The translations under genes and the position numbers were made by a program. Shown in pieces: positions 12,461 through 24,834 of a stretch of DNA of 64,000 nucleotides. How positions within the stretch are numbered: the stretch's first letter is position 1; each line of letters starts with the position of its first letter. The notes under the pieces were generated by a model. That model saw only the letters and a list, made by a program, of their open reading frames with translations. It had not been told where the DNA came from and did no database searches. Source of the stretch: Octopus bimaculoides (lineage: Eukaryota); assembly GCF_001194135.2 (NCBI RefSeq), contig NC_068997.1, positions 37,850,984-37,914,983 of the forward strand. Direction: 5' to 3'.

Positions 12461-13203
12461 NNNNNNNNNNNNNNNNNNNNNNNNNNNNNNNNNNNNNNNN
12501 NNNNNNNNNNNNNNNNNNNNNNNNNNNNNNNNNNNNNNNNNNNNNNNNNNNNNNNNNNNNNNNNNNNNNNNNNNNNNNNNNNNNNNNNNNNNNNNNNNNN
12601 NNNNNNNNNNNNNNNNNNNNNNNNNNNNNNNNNNNNNNNNNNNNNNNNNNNNNNNNNNNNNNNNNNNNNNNNNNNNNNNNNNNNNNNNNNNNNNNNNNNN
12701 NNNNNNNNNNNNNNNNNNNNNNNNNNNNNNNNNNNNNNNNNNNNNNNNNNNNNNNNNNNNNNNNNNNNNNNNNNNNNNNNNNNNNNNNNNNNNNNNNNNN
12801 NNNNNNNNNNNNNNNNNNNNNNNNNNNNNNNNNNNNNNNNNNNNNNNNNNNNNNNNNNNNNNNNNNNNNNNNNNNNNNNNNNNNNNNNNNNNNNNNNNNN
12901 NNNNNNNNNNNNNNNNNNNNNNNNNNNNNNNNNNNNNNNNNNNNNNNNNNNNNNNNNNNNNNNNNNNNNNNNNNNNNNNNNNNNNNNNNNNNNNNNNNNN
13001 NNNNNNNNNNNNNNNNNNNNNNNNNNNNNNNNNNNNNNNNNNNNNNNNNNNNNNNNNNNNNNNNNNNNNNNNNNNNNNNNNNNNNNNNNNNNNNNNNNNN
13101 NNNNNNNNNNNNNNNNNNNNNNNNNNNNNNNNNNNNNNNNNNNNNNNNNNNNNNNNNNNNNNNNNNNNNNNNNNNNNNNNNNNNNNNNNNNNNNNNNNNN
13201 NNN

Positions 13204-13568
13204 GATCCCCAAAATGTCCAATGCCATTCCCTGCATATTTGGTTTTATATCAGAGTGACCTTCTCCTAGAGACATGCTTCAACAAAAGCTGAGGGGCGCC
13301 TCACTCCCAGTGGTCTTTCAGCACGCCGGACACCATCCCGGAATTTCTGCGTACCCGTGCTATTGCTAGATAGCTGTTGAGCCTGCACTAGGTCCATCCG
13401 AGTTTTCGACAGGTCTTGTTTTTAATCCTGCTGGGTTTCTAGCAACCCTCCTCACCAGGGTAGCCTGGTGGGGGTGCCAGTTTAGTCGCCGGCAACCCGA
13501 CCATGCAACAGGTTGTACTGGATTACATGTTACCAGTAGCACTTATGAGAGCCTCATATGTGACCTGA
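13204..13568 (-). mobile_element. 5' end of an RTE-like LINE (5' UTR plus start of APE), cut by an assembly gap
   Basis: Minus strand ctctaggagaaggtcactctgatataaaacc resembles RTE-type 5' regions. It is followed by NMQGMALDILGI, which resembles the DILGISE motif of the AP endonuclease. Confidence 0.5.
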
Positions 13569-13849
13569 CATACATACATACATACATACATACATATGTG
13601 TATGCTAGCTGACGTACGCGGTAATTCCCGGAAAAGCAGGGCTTATACCTTGGTTCCGTTCTCATAATTATTTCGCTAATCCAATAATAACAATACAAAG
13701 TAGGTAGCTCTTAAAACGGTTTTTTGCATTTACAGAAAATACTGAACTGTTTTACACAGAATCTTGTTTTTAGGAATCCCCAATAAGTTATGAATACCCA
13801 AACTGTGAAGTCAGTTATGTAATAACCAAATGTAGCTTGAACTCGGGTG

Positions 13850-14620
13850 TCCAGGTCAAGTAATGCCTCACTGTGGCAGATTCCGTAGAGGTTTGCCTTT
13901 GAATCCTTCTTAAATTTCCTCTGCCATGCTAGTTTTGTGGATCGCCCAGAGTTTATGAGGTTCACGCAAGCCACATATCATCATAGAAAATATCTGGCGC
14001 AGTTGACTTAGTGCTGTGCTGACTGCTGCCCGCTCCAGTGTCTGGTCCCAGTGAGCATCATCCTCAAGTAGTCCATGTTTGGCGCAAGCTTTTCTATAAG
14101 TCTTGTAGATTTCCCGTTGTGTCTTCGAAAGTCTGCGAAAGTCCTGCTGATTAGGGTGCACAATGTACACCCGCCTGATGGCCCCAATTCTGAAGACAGC
14201 ATCTTTTTCCCAGCCCTCAGTGTGCATTTCTTCCTTGCGTCTATTCCATCTATTGTATACCCAGGTATAGTACATGGGGACCTCTACATACAACAGTGTT
14301 CGGGCAAACAGATCACATTGGCATAATTTGAAGAAAGCTGTCAATGTAGTCTCTCATGGATTCAGAACTACGTTTCGAACATTGTCGTCTGTGAAATATA
14401 CACGCTGGCCATTATCTAGATGTACAGATAGATTTTGAGGTGTTCCTAAATGTAAACAGGGTGTGACCTTTGTGTTGACAATGTATTTGTCTAAAAGCAG
14501 AACAGTTCTTCATGCAACGCTTATCAATTGGCTGAATTGACATGAAAGGCATCGTCATTCATAGTACATTCGTGAATAAGTCACTAACCGAAATAAGTGG
14601 ATCTATTGTTTAGGAAAATA
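13850..14620 (-). mobile_element. Helitron Rep/helicase fragment
   Basis: LSVHLDNGQRVYFTDDN, TAFFKLCQCDLFARTLLYVEVPMYYTW and TYRKACAKHGLLEDDAHWDQTLERA...QLRQIF are typical of the Helitron Rep-helicase linker. Confidence 0.85.
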
Positions 14621-15012
14621 CTATTTACTTGTTTAAGGGTTCTACTGGATAAACTGCGAAAATAACTCTAATAGTTAAAATACTAAGAAATAAGCATACT
14701 CAATTTGATTTATACCAAATAATATAGGAAAATAATGGGCTATTTCCTTTGGCAGTAAAAGTAAAATATGTTAGTTATATATAAGGATCTCTTACAAGGG
14801 TCCTATCATCGATTTTTTAAACAGACTGAGTATGCCATGAGGTTTCCAGACATGAGTTCTAGTCACGTGTCAAGATTCATCAAAGTCGATAAAATGATGT
14901 AGGAGGAGTTAGCTAACAACTCCGCAAACAAACACAGCCACAGACAGAATTTCGCGCGCACGCACACACACACACACACACATATACATACACATACATA
15001 CATATATACATG

Positions 15013-15052
<40 letters not shown>

Positions 15053-15602
15053 NNNNNNNNNNNNNNNNNNNNNNNNNNNNNNNNNNNNNNNNNNNNNNNN
15101 NNNNNNNNNNNNNNNNNNNNNNNNNNNNNNNNNNNNNNNNNNNNNNNNNNNNNNNNNNNNNNNNNNNNNNNNNNNNNNNNNNNNNNNNNNNNNNNNNNNN
15201 NNNNNNNNNNNNNNNNNNNNNNNNNNNNNNNNNNNNNNNNNNNNNNNNNNNNNNNNNNNNNNNNNNNNNNNNNNNNNNNNNNNNNNNNNNNNNNNNNNNN
15301 NNNNNNNNNNNNNNNNNNNNNNNNNNNNNNNNNNNNNNNNNNNNNNNNNNNNNNNNNNNNNNNNNNNNNNNNNNNNNNNNNNNNNNNNNNNNNNNNNNNN
15401 NNNNNNNNNNNNNNNNNNNNNNNNNNNNNNNNNNNNNNNNNNNNNNNNNNNNNNNNNNNNNNNNNNNNNNNNNNNNNNNNNNNNNNNNNNNNNNNNNNNN
15501 NNNNNNNNNNNNNNNNNNNNNNNNNNNNNNNNNNNNNNNNNNNNNNNNNNNNNNNNNNNNNNNNNNNNNNNNNNNNNNNNNNNNNNNNNNNNNNNNNNNN
15601 NN

Positions 15603-15646
<44 letters not shown>

Positions 15647-15649
15647 TTG

Positions 15650-15755
15650 TATGTGTCTTTGTGTCTGTGTTTGTAAGTCAGTATTGCATGACTACTGATG
15701 TTGGTGTGCTTACGTCTGAAACTTAGCGGTTTGGCAAAAGACACCGATAGAATTA
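15650..15755 (+). mobile_element. SINE family 1, 3' fragment
   Basis: gatgttggtgtgcttacg...aacttagcggtttggcaaaagacaccgatagaat matches the family 1 3' half. Confidence 0.7.
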
Positions 15756-15977
15756 TAAAGGATATTAGTAATTACGAGTTCCATCGTCGAAGAGAGAGTG
15801 AGATAAATTATAAGCGGAAGGCGTGCGAAAACTACAAGACAGTAAAAAAGAAAGTGTCATGAATGCATGAGAGTAGGTGGAGACTTACTGGGATAGAGGA
15901 GGCATATATGATACATACACACAAATATATACACATATACACATAATCTAATAATATATATATAATATATATAATAG

Positions 15978-16333
15978 ACATGGCTGGGTGGTAAGAAGCT
16001 TGCTTTCCAACCACATGGTTCCGGGTTCAGTCCCACTGTGTGGCACCTTGGGCGGGTTTTCTCTACTATAGCTTCGGGATAGCCAACGCCTTCTGAGTGG
16101 ATTTGATAGACGGAAACTGAAAGAAGCCCGGCGTATATATATGTATATATGTTTGTGTGTCTGTGTTTGTCCCCCAACACCGCTTGACAACCGATGATGA
16201 TGTGTTTACATCACCGTAACTTAGCGGTTCGGCAAAACATCCCGATAGAATAAGTACTAGGCTTACAAAGAATAAGTCCTGGAATCGACTTGTTCGACTA
16301 AAAGCGGTGCTCCAGCATATCCGCAGTCAAATG
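15978..16333 (+). mobile_element. SINE family 1
   Basis: tggctgggtggtaagaagcttgc...ggttccgggttcagtccc...gtcaaatgactgaagccaataaaaga. Confidence 0.85.
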
Positions 16334-16349
16334 ACTGAAGCCAATAAAA

Positions 16350-16422
<73 letters not shown>

Positions 16423-17257
16423 CACAGTGTACATTTAATACACATTAGAGATGCCCATAAAAGGACATCTAACCCGCTAGAAAGAGCAGTCAAATTTCTA
16501 CACCACAAAATTAGGGATAATTTCGAAAAGGAATGAAAAATAAAAACATTTACCATCTATATTCCGAACCAGGTTTCAAGTTATTTTCGCAAAGCAAACT
16601 ATTTTGCGAGGCCAAATATCATCAGCGGAATAGACTAGACCGACATGCATGCACGAGGCACTCCATAGAGAACATGACTTGTGCATATATGTCTAATTTT
16701 TCAAAAATTACCGCGCATGTATATTTATGTATTCTGGAATTTTTATTTCCACTTTATAAAGAATATATATTTCTATATAGGTTTCGAATGTGAATTCTAA
16801 TAATGTTCTTTTAGACTCCGCATGTTTTGCCTCCATAAAAATATTATATACATATATATNNNNNNNNNNNNNNNNNNNNNNNNNNNNNNNNNNNNNNNNN
16901 NNNNNNNNNNNNNNNNNNNNNNNNNNNNNNNNNNNNNNNNNNNNNNNNNNNNNNNNNNNNNNNNNNNNNNNNNNNNNNNNNNNNNNNNNNNNNNNNNNNN
17001 NNNNNNNNNNNNNNNNNNNNNNNNNNNNNNNNNNNNNNNNNNNNNNNNNNNNNNNNNNNNNNNNNNNNNNNNNNNNNNNNNNNNNNNNNNNNNNNNNNNN
17101 NNNNNNNNNNNNNNNNNNNNNNNNNNNNNNNNNNNNNNNNNNNNNNNNNNNNNNNNNNNNNNNNNNNNNNNNNNNNNNNNNNNNNNNNNNNNNNNNNNNN
17201 NNNNNNNNNNNNNNNNNNNNNNNNNNNNNNNNNNNNNNNNNNNNNNNNNNNNNNNNN

Positions 17258-17288
<31 letters not shown>

Positions 17289-17292
17289 CATA

Positions 17293-17930
17293 CAGGGGTT
17301 GGGCAAAATAATGAAACCACCTTAAAATTTCAAACAAATTTATTTTAATATGGGTAGGACAGCCTTTGGCATTAATTACAGCTTGAATTCTACGAGCTAT
17401 GGACTCGTGCAAAGGTTGAATTGTTTCCAAAGGAATTTTTGTCCATTCTCCATCTAAAACAGTCTCCAGTTCTTGTACTATTGATGGTGGAGAATATCGA
17501 CTCCTTATTTGTTTTTCTAAAATACACCATAAATGTTCAATAATATTGAGATCTGGGGACTGTGGTGGCCAGATAAGCTGTTCAATTTCACAAGAATGTT
17601 CCGCGTGCCATTCGCCAACAACGTTAGCTGTGTGAATTGGTGTATTATCATCCTGAAAGATTGCGTTTCCCCCGGAAACAGTTCCGCAAGTCTTGACTAT
17701 TAATTCTGCCATGAAGGAAAACCATTGGGCCGACGGATTTCCAAGATATAGCCCCCCCACCCAGGTCATGTAAGATCCTCCTCCATGGTGAACAGCCGGA
17801 AGAAGGCAGTGTGGGTCAAATGTTTCTTTTGGCTGTTTCCACACATACTCGGCCGGTGGTCGGAAATAAGGTAAAGGATGATTTATCCAACAAAATAACA
17901 TTCTTACACTGCTCTAGGGACCAATTCTGT
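17293..17930 (-). mobile_element. Tc1-like (DD34E) transposon, 3' half
   Basis: FQDDNTPIHTA and WPPQSPDLNIIEHLW catalytic motifs. TA followed by a caggggttgggcaaaataatgaaac terminus at 17293. Confidence 0.9.
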
Positions 17931-17967
17931 ACGTTTTTACTCCACTCTAAACTCTTTACAATACTTA

Positions 17968-18014
17968 CGTGACGTAATCCGTAAACACACTAGCATCGGT
18001 TGTCAAGCGATGTT

Positions 18015-18067
<53 letters not shown>

Positions 18068-18208
18068 CGACGGGCCTCTTTCATTTGCCTTCGACCAAAT
18101 CCACTCACAAGGCTTTGTCGAGCCGAGGCTATAGTAGAAGTCACTTGCCCAAGGTACCATGCAGTGGGACTGAACCCGGAACTATGTGATTGGTAAGCAA
18201 ACTACTTT
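17968..18208 (-). mobile_element. SINE family 1, partial
   Basis: Reverse complement of the family 1 head, core and middle (cttgcccaagg...gtgggactgaacccggaac). Confidence 0.8.
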
Positions 18209-19014
18209 ATTTCAATAAATTTTGCCATTTACGGCGTTACATAGAAGGGACAGACAAAGNNNNNNNNNNNNNNNNNNNNNNNNNNNNNNNNNNNNNNNNN
18301 NNNNNNNNNNNNNNNNNNNNNNNNNNNNNNNNNNNNNNNNNNNNNNNNNNNNNNNNNNNNNNNNNNNNNNNNNNNNNNNNNNNNNNNNNNNNNNNNNNNN
18401 NNNNNNNNNNNNNNNNNNNNNNNNNNNNNNNNNNNNNNNNNNNNNNNNNNNNNNNNNNNNNNNNNNNNNNNNNNNNNNNNNNNNNNNNNNNNNNNNNNNN
18501 NNNNNNNNNNNNNNNNNNNNNNNNNNNNNNNNNNNNNNNNNNNNNNNNNNNNNNNNNNNNNNNNNNNNNNNNNNNNNNNNNNNNNNNNNNNNNNNNNNNN
18601 NNNNNNNNNNNNNNNNNNNNNNNNNNNNNNNNNNNNNNNNNNNNNNNNNNNNNNNNNNNNNNNNNNNNNNNNNNNNNNNNNNNNNNNNNNNNNNNNNNNN
18701 NNNNNNNNNNNNNNNNNNNNNNNNNNNNNNNNNNNNNNNNNNNNNNNNNNNNNNNNNNNNNNNNNNNNNNNNNNNNNNNNNNNNNNNNNNNNNNNNNNNN
18801 NNNNNNNNNNNNNNNNNNNNNNNNNNNNNNNNNNNNNNNNNNNNNNNNNNNNNNNNNNNNNNNNNNNNNNNNNNNNNNNNNNNNNNNNNNNNNNNNNNNN
18901 NNNNNNNNNNNNNNNNNNNNNNNNNNNNNNNNNNNNNNNNNNNNNNNNNNNNNNNNNNNNNNNNNNNNNNNNNNNNNNNNNNNNNNNNNNNNNNNNNNNN
19001 NNNNNNNNNNNNNN

Positions 19015-19070
<56 letters not shown>

Positions 19071-19114
19071 ACACACAAACACACACACACACACGCATAC
19101 ACACACATATGTCT

Positions 19115-19702
19115 GGACAATTATGTGGATAAACATATTAGATATATTAAATATAATATAATAGTCTGGGAATGAAACAAAATATTTATATAACAATACT
19201 TGAAAAACGAGAGAAAGCAAAAGATGGAGACTTTCAGACAATGAATATGTAAGTACCAACATGTAGATATTTACATAAATAGACCCAACTTCCCCAGACA
19301 GAGATAATTAAAGGAGTGGAAGAAAGGCATTATAAATCCAACAGCTGTTTCTGGGGGCTTGGAGATCCATGATGATCTTGTTAGATGTAGTTCAGCTCAA
19401 CGTGCGACCGTAATGGATGCAACAAAATCATCATAGATCTCCAAGCCCCCAGAAACAGATGTTGGATTTATAACACCTTTCTTCTACTCCTTTAATTTAC
19501 TTTGTCGTTTATACTTTGTGGAAGCTGGATCTATTTATATAAATATTTATATATATTTGTCCTTAAATATTCATTGCCTGAAAGTTTCCATCTTTTGCTT
19601 TCTCTCGTTTTTCATGTATACTTATATACATACTTTTTGTTTCATGACCAAGCTATTACATTATATTTAATATATCTAATGTGTTTATCCGCATAATTGC
19701 CT
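19115..19702. repeat. Long inverted repeat or foldback (MITE-like), arms about 262-276 bp, 50-nt spacer
   Basis: 19115-19376 is the reverse complement of 19427-19702. The inner ~70 bp are near-identical and the outer parts are more diverged. The mirror ORFs at 18237-19262(-) and 19502-19696(+) share LHLLLSLVF. Confidence 0.9.
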
Positions 19703-20039
19703 CTATAGCCGCCGCTCAACTTGATCGCTCTTATAGCCACTTTTTACCCTATTGAATTGATCCCCTGTGAAGACTTAGGAGTCTAAGTTTGAAAAATTTG
19801 AGCACTACTGTCTTCTTTACTGAAAATCTCTGGATTTCATGTATGTGTGTGTGTGTGTGTGTGCTATTGTGTGACAGTTTTGTCGATGGGTGATCCCAGC
19901 AGCTCTGGTTCTCCTGGTTTGAGGGCCGAAACATCTACAGAACTGTCTCGCCGCCTATTGAAACATCGTCTCCTCCATGCAGAGACGGAGTAGACAACAC
20001 CTTTAGCACACAGGTGTTTATCCTAAAGTACAAACCCAT

Positions 20040-23000
20040 TAAAAAAAAAACAAAAAAACTTCACAAATCTGATATGCAAAAAGCATGATCAGGAACAAAA
20101 AGTCACTTGCATAATTTTGATAACATCAATTCCAGAAAACCGAAACAATTAAACAATCTTTTTAGGAGTAACAAAATATCCCTTTTTCTCAAGACATAAT
20201 ACTCTTCAATGATAAAAATATAGTAATATAAACTCGTTAACTTTTGGACAAAGACTGTAGTTCATAGAAAGAAACAAAGACCTCTTTCTATCTCTACGTA
20301 ATATCTCTCTAAATCGGGGACAACAGTTTACACAACACATCAAATATTATAAGACCACATATAAACTAGAACCTATAATAGATCACGCTTTAACGTAAGA
20401 CCAGAAAATAATTCATGCCCTTACAAGAATACAAATACCTTCAACCGAAAACTAAGGAATCCTTTTCTAGAGAGAGTGGACAGAATTCAAGACACTCGAT
20501 GGAACAAACCAAATGTATACTTCCGAATGTAATAAATATATCACACACAACTCTTTCAACGCAATAAATTCAAGATTTTCCCAATAGGTTAAAATTCTTC
20601 TCAATAACATAAAATTTCAAAATGAATGAAATGCAGAAAGATGTCAAGCATTTTGTAGAAAACTAAGCAAAACAAAAGAATTGTTCAACAAAAAAATTAA
20701 TGATGAATCATTAACAGTTATTATAGTCTGGCAAAAGATAAGACTTTAAATAAATTCTGTGATTTTATGACCACTTTTCATTATTATTTATTACCACATC
20801 TAACATTTCAATCAAAAGCAGCTGAAAGAATGGGAAAACCTCAAGGATTTTCAGAATGATCACAATATAGTTACCAAAGTAGCTAACAAAGGAAGTATTG
20901 TAGTTATTATTAACTCAGAACAATTCAAAAACACTGAGCTATCCCTATTTTGTGACATCACCCACTATGAAAAGTAAACAATTGCTGACAATCGGAAATA
21001 ACGAGAAGACCCACGACATTCTACCAGTAGATCCAAAAGGTATTTACTGAAGGAATGGGGCTATCTAATAAGACTTGAACCAACAATTTTTACGCAAAAA
21101 ACCACTAGAGCAAGACAATAAATGACGCGTTTTGAGTATTAACCTCAATGTCTATTAATATACCACATCCCAAAGATCTGAAACTAAGACCAATTATATC
21201 AGGTCCATCATGTGAAATACATAAACTTAGGAACTTTAGTGATATATCCCTAAAATCAATTCATAAATTTATATGCTGTCTTAAACTTTCTAAATGATGT
21301 CCAGGATAAAACCAACACAAACACTCTTTTTGTTTCATTTGATATAGTAAATATTTACACCACGATTCCATATGGATATAGAATAGAAGCCATACAATTG
21401 TCGTTGGAAAAATTTGCAAATAACCTACCTAAACGAATTCTTAAAAGACTGTGATGGGCATGAAAATATCCACCACGCGTGCTAATCTTCTTATTGAATA
21501 TTTAGACGTCCAAATATGTGAACAATCGAGATTGATATACGGTGATAACTTCTATAAATACTTATTCGCCAAATGAAAACGCTACATGGTTGATTATTTG
21601 AGCCAGTAGACATGCAATTGAAACCAACTCTATGAGTTTAAAACCGAGTTAGATACATAACCCACAGTATTCAATTCAGAATTGAATATAGTGAAAAACA
21701 ACTCTTTTTCGATATCTTAATCATGTAAAGAGTTACGAACGTTGAAACCGACATCTGCATTAAACCAACAGACTCAAAATAATATCTGCTAATTTCCTCC
21801 TGCCATCCAAAGCATGCGAAAATTAATATGCCTTCTAACCTGGCAGGAACAACCAGCACAATTGTATTCATTTCCGAAACACAAGAGAAACAAATTCAAG
21901 AACTTTAAAATACAGTAATCGAAACACACTACCCAATAGCTTTAATCAATAACAGGATAGAACGTCCAAAGCGATAGATACCCAAGAATTATGAAAAACG
22001 CGAAACACCCCTGATACACTCACAACTACCTTATATATCAACACACGATCCAAGAAACACGGAAGCATGCAACATCCATCAGAATATCCCTCTTTTGGTG
22101 AACGAGCTACGAATGAAAAAAACACTCTAAACACACAAAATAATTAAAAGAAAAGTCAGCCTAAATCTTCAAAAAGATCATTTACTCATCAAAATTACAA
22201 CTCCAATAATCCAAAAGTGTAACCATCCTAACTGTGTAATCTGCATCTATTTCTTGGAGAGATTGACAAGGAAATATAAATCAAGGAATATAAATTGACA
22301 TAGGAATATAAATACAAAACATTTACCATATAAAGTCATTTCGCCTGCATATCAAGCAATTTAATTTATGCTGTTAAATTGCAGTGGGTGTGATGAAGAC
22401 CACATAGGACAAACAAGTTTAAATCTGATGAACAAAATAATGGTACACTACCAATAAATATGAGACTCCACGTGTAAATATCTAGATCTCTGTCTAACAA
22501 ACTAATATACGAAATATGAAATTTTCCTCTTATATCAAAGCATCTGGAACACCTTTGTCCAATTTCGATTAAATAAGGAAAATATGTTTATAAAGAAATA
22601 TAAACCAAAATTATACACTCCATAACAAAGAAATATATTGCGAAAACAGTTTATTCGACTGAAGTTAAAATAATTTGAAATAAGAAAAATAATAAAAGTA
22701 AATCAAAATTTGAAGTAACGGCCTGCCTCCAAGATTCGAATCCCTTTCTTCTAACCACTACACATAACACATTTTTGACACTATTTGCCCTAGAAATTGA
22801 CCAATTGGATTTTATTTTGGGTTAAAACCGGACTCTTAACGAGACAAGAATAAATAAATAATGCTACTAAACATTGAGCCGATCGTGACGTCAGAGAAAC
22901 CACTGATGTCTGAAGGCTGCCAGCCAACCGGAACACTAGCCGACTGCTCGACAAAAACAAGTGACATGACATTTGATAAACAAATGAAACTCAGAGAAAA

Positions 23001-23060
23001 ATCATTCAACCGGAGCAATGGTCGAAGGTAAGTGACCCAAACAAGTTGATAAATAAATGA
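20040..23060 (+). mobile_element. Degenerate Penelope-like element (RT + GIY-YIG, 3' pseudo-LTR region)
   Basis: LFVSFDIVNIYTTIP, GMKISTTRANL, ETDICIKPTDSK*YLLISSCHPKH (Penelope RT and thumb), and a NLIY..CSGCDEDHIGQT GIY-YIG motif near 22360-22420. Confidence 0.8.
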
Positions 23061-23643
23061 CGTCCCAAGTCAGCCCAGCAGAAAGCTGGGCTATTGCTGA
23101 GCAATAATAATGTATGACCAGACTATTTGATAAATAAATCAAACCAAACGAATATAAAAATCGCCACTATAGGGTAGGACAAAAGTTTCAGTGAGAAATA
23201 TGTGAGGACTACCAAATCGACACCCCTTACTGGTATGGACATGGTCCTAATCCAGTGGCTGAAGGTGAAAATGTTCCCAGCTTATGGGATTTTCCTATCA
23301 ATACTGGTAGAAAAATCCAGACATAATCATTAAAGATAGGAATGTAAATATTTGTAAAGTGATAGATATAAGTGTCTCCGCCGTGGTCAAGGAACTTGAT
23401 AGCTCAGTAAATATAAGTACCTGGAAATTGAAATACAAAACGTGGTACTTTAAGCGAAAACAGCCCCTGAATGTATTTCTGTACTGTCTTCACCTTCTGT
23501 CCTCAAACTTTGCTCTTGGCGTCTGGATCATTCGGCAAGTGATAGTATCAAACATGCTAATGAAAAAGCAAATAATTTTTTTTTTTAATTTCAAATTTTA
23601 GCTCAAGGCCAGCAATTTTGGGGAAGAGGTATGCAAATGCAAT

Positions 23644-24485
23644 AAACCAACCGCAAAGACAAAAATAGAGTTCTTGTATGAATTATTTGCCCGATATTGT
23701 GTTCCAGACACCTTGGTATCAGATAATGGAACACAATTTACTGGCTGTTAATTCAAAAAATTCTACAAAATACATGCGATAAAGCATATTTTTGCCCAGC
23801 TCTACCATCCAAGGCCAAACGGACGGGTACAAAGATTCGTGATATTTTCAAGCGAGCGTTAAAAAAAGTAAGGGATGACATAGGGAATGACGAAGTGTTA
23901 ACGAAATTATTGAAGGTATATAGAGTAATGCTCAGTCCGAATACCAGTTCAGGGAAGTTTCCGACAGAGTTGATGTTCGCGCAAAAGATAAAATTGGTCT
24001 TCGATAAACTATTGCAAGGAAAAATATACATTTAAAGGAAATACAAAAAAGGCAACAAATCATTTCGAAGATAAAGTTCATTTTAAAATTTACAAAACTT
24101 GTGAAGAAGGCTGGGAGGATGGTTTTGTAACTTAAAGATTAGGAATGATGTATGTAATTAAAGGACAACGTTGGGAACATGAGATACCTAAATCAATTAA
24201 AAACGAGACATACTGAAAAACGAAAGGAAATACCAGCAGAAGTCTGCTATGCCAGCACCGAAAGAGATTAAACCTCGTAGAAGCAGCAATAGAAAAACGA
24301 AACAGACTGTACGCTTAGAAACAATGCCAAAACGAAAACGATGTTAAATTTTCAAAAAATAAATAAATAAATAAATAAATAAAAACAAAAGAGGGAGAGG
24401 TTCTGGGAAAATAGAAAAAGAGAAGAAGAGGTTCTGGGAAAATAAAAAAGATAAAATAAATTTCATTTCTTACAGAAAGGGGAGA
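23644..24485 (+). mobile_element. Gypsy (Mag-like) integrase remnant, 3' UTR and polypurine tract
   Basis: IEFLYELFARYCVPDTLVSDNGTQFT...YHPRPNGRVQRFV integrase core. PPT agaaaggggaga at 24474-24485. Confidence 0.85.
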
Positions 24486-24771
24486 TGTTGTGATGATAGT
24501 TACAACGCCCCGTTGTAGGAAATAGACAGGGCCGAGCGATTATAAATAGTGGCGGTCAGAGTGAAGTTTGTGTGTTAGTTCGAGTTGAATTCACAATGAA
24601 GTCGGAAGGTGTCGGCTGGTTAGTTCGTTTGGAATATTGATTGTTGGTTCGTGAAGAGATGGTTGGATCGTCACGTTGTTATTACGGCTGCATCGTTATC
24701 TTGTCTACTGTTACTACACTGGTACAGTGGATTTAAACCATCCGTCACAATGTCATGGTGGTACCACGACA
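24486..24771 (+). mobile_element. Gypsy LTR (286 bp)
   Basis: Starts tgttgtga directly after the PPT and ends ccacgaca (inverted termini, TG...CA). Contains a tataaata TATA-like motif and is followed by PBS-like tttggagacgaagga. Confidence 0.75.
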
Positions 24772-24834
24772 TTTGGAGACGAAGGATACAACATATACAC
24801 ACATACCAAGTCGGAGGTAAGAAGGAAATGTGGA

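Noticed and set aside
9763-19262. Long ORFs of 130-400 aa in the ORF track
   Set aside because: They are open only because they cross N gaps or microsatellites (poly-X, CVCV, YIYI, THTH). The same applies to similar ORFs at 32706-33242, 37472-37927 and 43792-50527.
19770-19800. gtgaaga-cttag gagt ctaag-tttgaaa as a hammerhead core
   Set aside because: It lacks C3, has extra bases before GAAA and has no supporting stems.
22900-22950. Hammerhead ribozyme in the Penelope 3' region (ctgaaggctgccagccaaccggaac)
   Set aside because: Both core boxes deviate from CUGANGA and GAAA, and no stems I or III can be drawn. At most it is a dead relic.
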